Source: Callorhinchus milii (taxonomy: Eukaryota). Taken from it: a stretch of DNA of 64,000 bases. Positions within the stretch are counted from its first letter, which is position 1, and every line of letters begins with the position of its first letter. The DNA lies in the NCBI RefSeq assembly GCF_018977255.1, contig NW_024704742.1:69442001-69506000 (forward strand), read 5' to 3'. The translations under genes and the position numbers were made by a program. Shown piece after piece: positions 45,362 to 56,905 of the stretch. Under the pieces are notes generated by a model. That model saw nothing but the letters and a program-made list of their open reading frames with translations. It was not told the origin of the DNA and searched no databases.

Positions 45362-46962
45362 TGTGAAATTGGGTTCAAGCGTTTGGCAGAAACACCACCA
45401 ACGACAACAACAACAAGATTCCATTTATAGAGCGCCTTTCACGTCGGGAGGACGTCCCAAGGCGCTGTACAGTTGGGTCAGGACCCGAGCAGGGGGGAAA
45501 TGGTCAGGGTGAGGGGAGGGAAGGGAGGGGGCGAGGAGGGGGTAGAGAGACGAGAGGGGAGCTGAAGGCACGGTCAAAGAGAAAGGTCTTGAGACCGGCC
45601 TTGAAGGAGGAAAGGGAGGAAGCGGCGAAGGCACTGGGGGATAGAGTTCTAGAGCCTCGGGGCTGAGAGGCTGAAGGCCCGACCACCGATGGTAGGGCGG
45701 TTGGGGCGGGGGATGTGGAGCAGACCGGAGCCAGAGGAACGGAGGGTACGGGCAGGTAGGTAGGGGGATAGTAGGTTGGAGAGGTAGGAGGGAGCAAGGC
45801 CGTGAATGGCCTTGTAGGTGAGGATGAGGATCTTGAATTCGATCCTCTGGGGAATGGGGAGCCAGTGGAGGCGAGCGAGGGTGGGAGTGATGTGGTCGCG
45901 AAGCCTGGTGCAGGACAGTACACGAGCTGCAGAGTTCTGAATGAACTTCCCGGCACCTCTCTCCACACCAAGGATATTATTAAGACGTTTTATCAGCAAT
46001 TATAAAACCATACAAGCATAAGCATCACATTACACCCATCGTAATATTATTACTCGTCGCGCTTAAATGACTACTAAAGCACTATCTTAACAAGATACAC
46101 TCAATACTAAAATTCTAAACATATATAAAAAAAGTGATATATGAAATGTGCCTAAATAATCTCTAACTGTTTTGTATGTATGTTGAGTGCGTGTTTTAGT
46201 AAGTAGGAGAGATACTACCAAGCAGGCAGGAAATCGTGACGAAGTTCTAAAGGCTGGCACAAAAGTTAAACACTGTCTGGCTTGCTGCTGGCTGCAAATG
46301 TCTCTGGCTTACTTCTAACTGCAAAGGTCTTTTGGTGGTCCACTCCGGCAAGGGCTGAACTCGTCCTCTTTGCGGTCCACTCCGGCGAGAGCTGGACTTG
46401 TCCTCTTTCCCTCAAAGGCGCTCTTCTTCCTCTCCATAGAGGTTCTTCCTCTTCCTCTCCTCAGAGGCTTGAATAACGTCTGAATTTTGGCTACCGATTT
46501 TATACTCTTGTTCACCAGCCATCTGTGTTCTAACATTTTTCCCCATGACTTCTTTCCTACTCTCTGCACTTTTCCCAGGCATTCTTTCCCTATCTTCAAG
46601 TTGTTCCTCCTTGTACCAGCTAATGGTATCTTCTGCAAAGGAACAATACTCCTCCTATTCCATCTTATCTAGCCTGACCTGACTCCATGTCCCTGAAGTT
46701 TCAGTCCTTCTTTCTAACTCTGTCCATGTGACCTGCTCACTTTAAGCTTTTTCTGAGTTTTAATCTGCTAGTTGGCCTCCCATCCATTCTCCTGGTCCAG
46801 TTATCCCAAGTTCCTATCTCTCCTGCCCGTAGGCCACATGCCCTTATAAGCGCAGATGGCCTACCATCTATCCTCCTGATCCAGCTATCCTTATCTTCCC
46901 TGGCCATGAGTCGCATTCCAGTGTATTCCTCCTAGCTTGGTGCCTCTTTACTAGGACTGTGG

Positions 46963-46993
<31 letters not shown>

Positions 46994-47085
46994 CCACATG
47001 GCAGATTTTATTTCTTTAATTCATTCTACTTAATTCATCTATTCACTACATGATCAATATTAATGATTCTTAAACTATAATCCCA
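45362..47085 (-). repeat. 5' LTR (45362-45393 plus 45963-47085), interrupted by an L2
   Basis: Direct repeat of the 3' LTR; TATAAAA at 46498-46504(-). Confidence 0.92.
45394..45962 (-). mobile_element. L2 3' fragment inserted in the 5' LTR
   Basis: [30 protein letters not shown] motifs; (TTG)n tail on the - strand. Confidence 0.92.
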
Positions 47086-48172
47086 ACTATTTGCAAAAGG
47101 TTTTACATCAAATGAAAGGATTATCATTTCTATTGACATATTTGGTCAGCCGGGTGTCTGCCAGATGTGGAAACCCATCCCATGATAAAGAGTATCCAAA
47201 CCAAACTGAGAATCCCATGCATCCCACCTACACATGGAAATCCCAGAGATAGATTGTTGGAATGTGCACTCTCTCCCTAGAGGGACGCATTGCTGACTTA
47301 ATTCTGGAGTGTATTAGGCGAAGACTGGCAAGAGCCAAGGTTTGGAGACCCCAGAGTGTGCGTTGAGGTAACTGCTGGAGTTCAGTGTTAATGCTAAGAT
47401 GTTGTTGCTTCACTGTAGTGTTCTGTGTGAAATATACAATCTCAATGACCTTTTCTGTGTTATTTTTTGCCACAGGGCTATTGTGACATGACCTTTTGCG
47501 ATCAAATGCTAGACCTCGACAAATTGAACGTTTGCTTTATTGACTGACACAGGAAAAATATCACAGCTTCCATATGTTGTAATTAAAAATAAATCTTAAG
47601 AATCATTGCACTGTCAGAATGAATGTTTTATGCTGTAACATTTTTTTGAAAGGTCTCTGGGGCTTACCAAGCCAGTGATGTTAATGTAAGCCCTGGTTCT
47701 GATCAGTATCTGATGGTTAATTATCTCTCGCCACTTGCCTCCATCTATTTTTCTTTCTTGAGTGTGGCAGCTTGATAGCTACAATGTAGTCCTGTCACTA
47801 AATCATTGCTTGACATGGAACCTTTGCTTAGCAAATGTACTTGGGACCCGAACAGAATCACAGAATGGAAAAATGCCTTTAAAATAATAATAGTAATCCT
47901 TGCATTTGATATAGCGCCTTATCTCGTCATTGGGATGTCATTGAGCGCTTCGTAGAATATACTGTAAATTGGATTGACTGTATTTTGTAGGCGAAATGCG
48001 GCAGCCAATTGCACACAGCAGTGTCCCACAAACAGTTGTGGATTGAATGACCAAATTATTATTACTATTTTTTTAATGGATTATTACCCTCGGAAAGCGA
48101 TCTGCCAATCGACTAACAACCGGTTTCCTACTAACTGCTAGGTAAACAGAGATATGTGGAGAAAGGAAACTT

Positions 48173-48685
48173 CATAGAATCATAGAAATATACAGCACAG
48201 AAGGAGGCCATTTGGCCCATCGTGTCTGTACCAGCTCTTTTAAAAGAACTATTCAAATCAAACCCACTCCTCCGCTCTCTCCTAAGGTGTGATGCCCAGA
48301 ACTGAACACATACTCTCGCTGAGGCCTAACCAGTGTTTTATAAAGGTTCATCATAACTTCCTGACTTTTGTATTCTATGCCCCTATTTATAAAGCCAAGT
48401 ATCCCATATGCTTTTCTAACAGCTTTATCTCCCTGTCCTGCCACCTTCAAAGATTTACTGATTTGAACCCCCAGGTCTCTCCGTTCCTTCACCCCCTTTA
48501 AGATTGTACCATCAGCTTATATTGCCTCTCCTCATTCTTCCTCCCAAAATGCATCATTTCGCATTTCTCCACATTAAACGTCATCTGCCACGTGTCTGCC
48601 CATTTTACCAGTCTGTCTATGTCCATTTGCAGTCTGCTACTATCCTCCTCACTGCTTACTACTTTTCCTAACTTAGTATCAACTT
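48173..48685 (-). mobile_element. CR1 LINE fragment
   Basis: RDLGVQI, AYGILGFINRGIEYKS and LYKTLVRP motifs; (ATTCTATG)n tail. Confidence 0.88.
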
Positions 48686-51424
48686 GTGCAAGATTTTACC
48701 CTGTCCGGCTTCTCTATAAATAAGTTTATAAATAATATAATTATAAATAATGATCTGGGAAATAAGTCTTTTTTTCCCCCCCCTCCGCCCCCTCCACTCC
48801 CCAATTGTCTCGTTTTTTTTTCCTGTGAAAAAGCATCTCTAGGTGATAGTACAGTTAAAGAGCTAAAGCTACTAATCTACCTCCACCCTCCAGGACCAAT
48901 GCTGTTCTGATAGACTGTGGGTGAGCCAAAACTTCCTTTAATTGAATGTCGACAAATCCTCTGTCTGTGACCGTATCATCCTTCCCAGCTGTTAACTTTG
49001 CGTGCAACCTCAGAACTTTGTTCAGCCCTTGGCTCTCCTTTAAGTCTTTCATCCAATCCTTGAGTGATTCTGCTTTACAATACAGGACAATTTATATTTA
49101 TATCGCGCCTTTCATGTTTGAAGGATGTCCCAGAGTATTTTATTCAGCTGGCTGGGCACCCAAGCTGGGTGGAACTGGAGAGGGCAAGGAGGGGAAAGAT
49201 AATCAAAAACCCGAAAGTCTTGAAGTGAAATGAGTGGTTGGATGAGTAAGTCAGTGGAATTTTGGAATAGTTTCATAAATATCACTTGCATTTGATATAG
49301 GGCCTTATCGCGTCATTGAGACGTCTCAAAGTGCTTCACAGAATATACTGTAAAGTATTCATGACTATATTTTTGTGTTATTCCAGAGAGTGGGTGCAGA
49401 ATGCTGAAAGCTCTCCAACTCGCTTTCCTCCATTTCTGCAATATCGCCAGCCTTGTCCTTACCTCACCCCAATGCAATAAAAATCCTCATAAGGCATCTC
49501 CATGCATCCTCCGTTCCCGTCTTTTGCTTGGTCTCCGACTCCATCTCCGTAAGGTGTTTTGAGACATGAGAAGAGCATTGTGAGTGCAAGTTGTTGTTGA
49601 GTCGGCGTGAAGTACATTGGCTTCCCAGAAGAGAACATAGAGTGCTTTTTCTGGCCCTTTTTATGGTTACCAAACAATAAAAATGATGGACAGCAGAGGG
49701 ACAGGAAGAGAGGCTCCAACTGCAATTCCACCAGTGAGCCTGTGAGCAGGTCCTGTCCCTCCAAGGAGGTACACTGTGCCTTTCAGACATAACAATAATA
49801 ATCCTTGCATTTGATATAGTTCTTTATCACGTCATTGACATAGCGTCTCTCACATCAGGAAGATGTCATAAAAGGGGTTCACACGCTTTCCTGCAGCTAA
49901 TTTGCACACAGCAGTATCCCACAAGTAGCCATAAAGTGAGTGACTAATTTTATTTGGGGAATTGTTGGACAAGACATCGAGATTAAAAAAAACCCTCTTT
50001 TCAAATAGTGCTGTGGGATCTTTAGCATCCTACTGCACAGGTTAGACGGGACCTTGGTTTAATGTCTCATCTGAAGGACGGCACATATGATAACACAGCA
50101 CCCCCAGCAATGCAGTGACGTCGCAGCCTAGACTATGTGCTTCCAAGTCCCGATGTGGAGCTTGAACCCACAATCCGTGGAAACAGAAAAGATGTACATG
50201 GTAAGAGGAAAAGGTGGGGGAGGAAAGAGTTAATGTCAGCAATTCTGAGGCAGTGTGACAGTCAATGCTTTGAGTCTGTTAAAAGTTTTCAGTGGCAGAC
50301 AGCTCTGCTGTCTGTGTGGTTGAGTCACGTTAAGTGGCAATCAGTCAGTATTTTATTCTGCTCTGGGTTTGTAAAGCACTGGAAAGCTCCTGCTTCTTGA
50401 GTTGCAGACGTCAGTCACGGAGGGAAAGAGTGCAGGCTTGCGCTGAGGATGTCATCTCTTAAGGATGGGTTATGAATTCATAATGTGGATTGGCTGCCCA
50501 CTCATCTAATGCCTGCATCACATGTCTGCCCCAACAACAGATTTCCCGCTGCCTGACAGATGAATTAGATCCTTAGTGACACATAGCAACCTTTAAATGT
50601 AGGGATGTTTTAATAAATAATAACAATGATCCTTGTATTTGATATAGAGCACTTCACATTGTGAGTATGTCTCAAAGCGCGTCACAGGATTTGCTGCAAA
50701 GTCTAGTGTGCCAAAGCATAGAGTCTCACAGGATATTGGTCAGAATCCTCACCTTGCAAGTGAGAGGACCCAGATTTGATTCCCAAGCAGGGCAAAACCT
50801 TAGGCAAGTTTCCTTACTCCACACACTCTGTTTACCTAGCAGTAGGTAGGAACCCGGTTGTTAGTCGATTGGCAGATCACTTTCTGGGGACCTTGCCCTT
50901 GAAAAAAAAAGATTTTTTGTACAATAACAATAAATTACATTTGTATAGCACCCTTCACATTGGAAAAACGTCCTATTATTTTTTAAAAACTAATGTGGTC
51001 ACTCAATCCATGTTTGAGGGACACTGCTGTGTGCAATTGGCTGCTGCATTTCACCCACAAAATATAGTTAATTCACTTTGAGATGTCTTGAAGACATGAT
51101 AAGGCGCAATATCAAATGCAAGGATTATTATTATTATTATTTGAATACAATGACAAGGATCTCAAATTCCCAAATTTTGTGTTCATCATCGCAAATAAGA
51201 TCGGAGGAATTAATAGACTATCATTTTTTGGATTTTACGCTCTCTGTAGAGATAATCTCGTCGGTCAGTTATTTCATTTACACTCCCGGATCCCTCTGTG
51301 CAGCCTCACCGCGTTGTCCCAGCTTGAGGACGAACCAGAACATACAGAAACACACAGTATTTCAGTAAAATTTCTTGCAGTTACAGGATATGCCACTCGG
51401 GGCCACTGTCTGCCAATAATATAA

Positions 51425-51790
51425 AATAATAATAAACTTACATTTTGATACAGTGTCTTCTCACGTTGTTGAGACGTCTCAAAGCACTTCACAGAATATA
51501 CTGTAAAATAAATTGACAGTATATTTTGTGGGCAAAATGTGGCAGCCAATTGTGCACAGCAGTGGCCAACACGTCATGGATTAAAGTGACCAATTTATTA
51601 TTATTATTTTTGAAGGAATTATTATCCCCGGAAAAGCGATCTGCCAATCGACTAACTCCTGGGTTCCTACTTACTGCTAGGTAAACAGAGGCGTGTGAAG
51701 TAAGGAACCTTGCCCAATGTTTTCGCCCTGGCCAGGAATACGAACCCAGGTCTCTCGCTTGTGAGGCGAGTGCACTAACCACTGAGCTGT
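51425..51790 (-). mobile_element. tRNA(Ala-like)-headed SINE, long subfamily
   Basis: Reverse complement of the 14557/23670 family. Confidence 0.85.
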
Positions 51791-52264
51791 GCTTGCCCAA
51801 TACTGGGACCATGGATTCGTAGAGCCATAGAAAGTTACCCACTCAGTGGAAGGCCATTGAAACTATTTTTTCTGGTGGGCGAGGTTAGGCCCACTCATCA
51901 CCCATTAAGATGAATTAGACTGAGTCCCTTATGGTATTGGTTAGAGCACTCACCTGCAAGCAAGAGGACCCGGGTTTGATTCTCGGGCAGAGCGAAACCT
52001 TAGGCAAGTTTCCTTACTCCATATGCCCCTGTTTACCTAGCAGTAAGTAGGAACCCAGTTGTTTGTTGATTAGCAGATCACTTGACAGTGGCAGAGCATG
52101 ACGCTGAGTTGGGGGAAGGGGCTAAGTGACAGTCGAAGAGGAAGGTCTTCAAGCGTGACCTGAACATGGGGAAAGAGGGGGCAAGGCAGAGGGATTGAGG
52201 GAGAGTGTTCCGAGTTTCAGGGCATAGTGACTGAAAGCGCGGCCATCGATGGAACGGAGTTCAC

Positions 52265-52888
52265 TACAGAGACAGAGAGAAAAAGGGAGAGACATACAGA
52301 CAGAGAGACAGAGACAACAAAGTAGACAGAACCAGAGAAACCGAGAAGCGGAGAGAGATAGGCAGAGAACGAGAGAGACAGAGAGAGAGATTAGGGACAG
52401 AGAGAGAGAGATAAATCGGGGAGATATATAAGAGAAAGACAGGCAGAGAGAGACAAGGAGAGTGATAAGAGTCAGAAGATAGAACATGGATAGAGAGGTA
52501 GAAAGTGACAGACAGAAACCGAGAGATAGAGAGAGCAATACATACAGATAACAATAGACAGAAACAGAGAGAGATGTACAGAGACAGAGACAGAGAGAGG
52601 AGAGAGAGAATAATAATAATAATCCTTGTATTTGATATACAATTTCATGTCCTCTAGATGTCTCAAAACTCTTCACAGAATATACTGCAAAGTGAATTGA
52701 CTACGTTTGTGGGCGAAACGTGGCAGCCAATTGCGCACAGCAGTGTCCCACAAACAGTCATGGATTGAGAAACAGAGACAGATAGAGAGACAGAGAGAAA
52801 GAGGTAGAAAGAGAGGCAGAGACAAAGAGAAGGGAGAGAGAGAGACCTAGTGATAGAAAGAGAGACAGAGAGAAAGAGAAGAAAAAAA
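52265..52888. repeat. GA-rich low-complexity tracts flanking a SINE fragment
   Basis: (gagaca/gagaga)n at 52265-52610 and 52768-52888. Confidence 0.85.
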
Positions 52889-53469
52889 GTATTTCCACCA
52901 TTCAGCAACATCTGACATATCTGTGAGGAATCCCATTTGTTGGGTTAAGTGCAAGGTCAGTAAAACAGCTCAGGAGATTGGATCAGACAATCCCTGCAGC
53001 GGCAATGTACATCCTTGTATCATTACTCCCCCTTCCCAACCTCCTTACAATATTCCCCCACCCTCGGCCCCCACAATAGATAACTGCACCTGTCCCTTTA
53101 GTCAAACACGCTCAACAACATCCGCCTGGAGATAATTGCCAGTGATCTCCCGCTGTTTCCGATTGCAACGCTGGTTAAATTTAGCAGCTCAAATTGCGCA
53201 GAAAGAAAAGGCAGAAAGTGCTGGGGATACAAAGTGCCTCGATCAGCATCCGAGAGGGAAAACAACAGGTTACCACTTTCCAGCTTGACCCTTCCTGCGT
53301 TTTAATGTGGGCTGAATTCCACAGGCGCACGAGTGAATGAATAAGAATGAGCGAGCGCGGCTGTCTGATCACTGTTATTACAGCAGTATGTCCAGGAGAT
53401 TGTAATAATAATAATAATCCTTGCAGTTCACATCAGCTGGATGTCTCAAAGCGCTTCACAAGGAGTTTA

Positions 53470-53812
53470 ATTATAATCCTTGCATTTCGATACAGCGTCT
53501 TCTCATGTTGTTGAGACGCCTCAAAGCGCTTCACAGAATATACTGTAAAGCGAATTGACTGTGCATTTTGTGGGTGAAGTGCAGCAGCCAATTGCACACA
53601 GCAGTGTCCTAAAAAAAAGTCGTGGATTGAGTGACCAGATTTATTACTCCCAAAAAGCAATCCGTCAATCAACCAACAGCCGGGTTCCTACTTACTGCTG
53701 AGTAAACAGAGGTGGGTGGAGTAACTAAACTCGTCTAAGCTTTTGCCCTGCCCAGGAATCAAATCCAGGTCATCTCACTTGTGAGGCAAGGGCTCTAACC
53801 ATTACAGTAGAG
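53470..53812 (-). mobile_element. tRNA(Ala-like)-headed SINE, long subfamily
   Basis: Reverse complement of the same family. Confidence 0.8.
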
Positions 53813-56542
53813 GATTTTGCTGTAAAGCAAAATGACTGTGTGCTTTATTATGATATTCAGTGGCTAATTTGCACACAATGATGTTCTCCATCCAAAAAGA
53901 GAGACGGGGAGAGAAAAAGAGACAGAGATAAAGTGCGAGAGAGAGAGAGAGAGAGAAAGAGTGAGGGAAGCATAGAGAGAGACATAGAATGACTATATGC
54001 AAATAAATAATAGCAATCCTTGCATTTGACATCCTGGTGTGATGCACTGTGCTAACCAAATTCCATAGAATATTAGGCACGGGTTGGAATGGCTCAGGGA
54101 CCCCAGTGTGGTAACTGCTGGACTCTAACCAGCTAAAAACACGAAGCTTGCCATTGATATCACTGTCTGGTAAGCTTTCCTGCTGCTTGTCCAGCTAGGA
54201 CCACCTACCCATTAGGGGTTTGGTTTGCAGGGTTAACAGGAGCTGAGTGGAAGGATACCAATAGAATTAATATGGGAAGAACATCTGACAATGGAGTGCT
54301 GCCCCCCTCCCCACCTCCACGCACCACACTGCAATGTCAGCCAAGACTGTGTGAGCTCACGCCTGTATAATACGCCCAGTGTTGCTTTTACCCCTAGGCC
54401 ATCGGGCCTTTAACTTTACACCCTGTGTTAATCTACTTTGAGCATTCAGTTGCCATTCCACTCCACATCCCCGCCGTGAGAGTATTATTTTTGTATCAGG
54501 CGATGAAAGCTGAAATTGACTGCATTGTTTGACCAAAGCATTTAGTGCAATTGGTTTTTCTGCAGTTTATTTTGTTTTTGATGCAATTTTCTGCCATTTA
54601 CTGGCTGTTTGGAATTAAGAAAAGCCATTTATGGGCATTTAGTGATCATTAACGTGCTATGTGCGAAGCAGAAATGAAGTTCGAAAATCCTTGCAGTCTC
54701 AGCCTTCGGACCGTTGTCTCTAGAGACCGTGCAGAAAGCTTCACAAAATGCAGTCTTAATTTGGGAGATGGCTTTTCGTAGAGTCACCCCACCTCCAAAC
54801 AAAATCCCTGTGGAAAATTGGCTTCCTAATTGAAATCGAAAACAATAATAATATAATAAGCCTTAACTTTGATAAAGCACCTTTGATGACTATAGGCTGT
54901 CTCAAAGCATGTCACAGGAATTACAGTAAAGTGCAGTTACTATGTGTTTTGTAGGCGAACTCAGCAGTCGATTTGCACATAGCAAGGTCCAACATATAGC
55001 CAGGACATGAATGATTAATTTTATTTGGGGGTTTGTTGGCCAGGATACTAGGAGAAACTCCTTTCTGTTTTCAAATTCCATGGGAACTTTAATGTCCACC
55101 TGAATAGGCACAGACGGGGAGCTCAATTTAACGTCTTATCTGAAGGATGGCACTTCTGATTATGCAATGCCCATCCCCCATTGGAGCATCAGTCTAGACT
55201 GAACACTAAGTCCTGAAGTGGTGCTTGAATCCACAAGACTGGAATCCACTTGAATCTGGTTATTTAACACCTTGTTGAAAGCAGTGACTAGTTGGCGTGT
55301 AAACTATTGACTGGCCTTGGGTAGGGGAAGGTGGGAGTGGGTTCTTCCCCTTCTCTCCTCATAATATTCCCAATAGTTGTGCCAATAAAAACCATCAACG
55401 AGTTGCACTTTTCAAACATCTGCAAATTGACAAATCACACACAGAAATTTTCAGTGTAACTTAATCCCAAAGTCTGGGTCTTTGCTGTTATAGTTGCCTC
55501 GCCTTGTCTGCCGCTACTTTTCATCCCTTAAGGAGGAAAGATTGAGGGAGAGAGTTCAAAGTTTTGGGGCTTAGTGGCTGAGGGTCAAGTGTATTGCGTA
55601 AGACATCAGGCTGAGAAATGAGCAACAAATCCTCCCTCCCTCGCTCCCTCCCTTACACCCATCGAAGATGCTGGGTTCAGATATGAGGCTTGAAAATTCC
55701 AGGTGGACTTAGACTCAGTAATCACTGCCATGGGACGTACTCCTGATGTGGAAGGCACTAAACAAAAGTAATTTTTTTTGTTGTTGTTGCCTGAAATCCC
55801 TGCCTGGTCAAGGGCAAAAGGGCATCATTTCAGGATCAACAATAACAACAACTTTTATTAGCTGACACTCCAATGTAATCCCATACTACCCGGCACTGCA
55901 TTAGACTGTGAGCTCAAAGTCCTTATGTGGGGCTTGAACTCAAAGCCTTCTGACTCACAGGTAAAAGTGCTACCAGTCGAAACAGGCTGCACCTAATAGA
56001 TATTAAAGATCCCTATTCAAAAAGCGAAGGGAGTTTCAAAGCATTTCACAGAAATTACTGTAAAGTGTAGTGACTATGTGTTTTGTAGAATGCAGCGGCC
56101 AATTTGCGCAAAGAGCCATGGAGTGAATGAGTGGATTGTCGGCCAGGACCAGGAAGAAAAAACTCCCTTCTCTGTTTGCACGGTGCCGTGGGATCTTTAA
56201 CATCTTTATGTATAATGATCTTTATACAAACACTAGTGAAAGTTACACATCATCGAGCACCAAGGTAAAATTGGTCACTCACCTCGTGGTGGGTTGCAGG
56301 ACATTTCTGTAAGCAGATTGGCTGCTGCGTTTATCTACAAATACACCGATGGCATGTTTCACAGCAATCCTCCGTAAAGTGCTTTGAAATGTTAAAGGCG
56401 CTATATCGAATGCAAAGATTATTATTACAATACCATATAATTTTACATTTATTTATACAGTACCTTTCATGTAGGGAGATGTCCCAGTCTTGACTAAGCA
56501 CTCGAACTGGGAATGGGTGGAGGAAAGATGGCCAAAGTGTGT

Positions 56543-56905
56543 CAGGCTGACTCAGTTGGTAGCACTCTTTCCTCTAAGTCAGAAGCTCCTCGTCGGGTCT
56601 TGGAATCACAAGCTGACACTCCAATGCAGTGCTGGGGGTGTGTTGAATTGTCAGAGGTGTCATCCTTTGGATGAGATGTTAAACCCAGGACCATCTGCCT
56701 ATTCAGGTGGACGTTAAAATCTCACAGCACTATTCGAAAAGAGAAGTTTCTCCCTGTATCCTGGCCAGCAATCCCACAAAAATAATTGGTCACTCACTCC
56801 ATGGCTGTTTGTGGAATATTGCAATGCCAACTGGCTGCCTCATTTCGCCAACAAAATATACAGTTAATACACTTTACAGTATATCCTGTGAAGCGCTTTG
56901 AGATG
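56543..56905 (+). mobile_element. Deu-domain SINE (SacSINE1/AmnSINE1-like)
   Basis: tRNA-like head plus ggatgagatgttaaacc..tctgcctattcaggtggacgttaaa core; related copies at 57600-57870(-), 49800-50180(-), 54860-55240(-), 29760-30040(+). Confidence 0.7.

Larger units (their letters stand above)
38867..47085 (-). mobile_element. Decayed LTR retroelement/endogenous retrovirus (loki-/class III-like): LTR-PBS-gag-pro-RT-tether-IN-TM remnant-PPT-LTR
   Basis: Two ~1.15-kb direct LTRs (on - strand start TGTGGGA, end TTTCACA; the outer two bases of the 5' LTR are lost); PBS and PPT present; recognisable pol motifs with stops, frameshifts and deletions. Confidence 0.92.

Noticed and set aside
38860..47095. 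Target-site duplication for the provirus
   Set aside because: The outer two bases and flank of the 5' LTR appear deleted (tccca|actat), so no TSD can be shown.
49459..49790. - strand exon ending ...EDFYCIGV|gtaagg
   Set aside because: Overlaps a decayed + strand L2-type tail (..gagacatgagaagagcattgtgagtgcaagttgttgttg); no partner exons or homology recognised.
52149..52911. Hydrophobic L/S/C-rich ORFs resembling membrane proteins
   Set aside because: Reverse-strand translation of GA-rich simple repeats.
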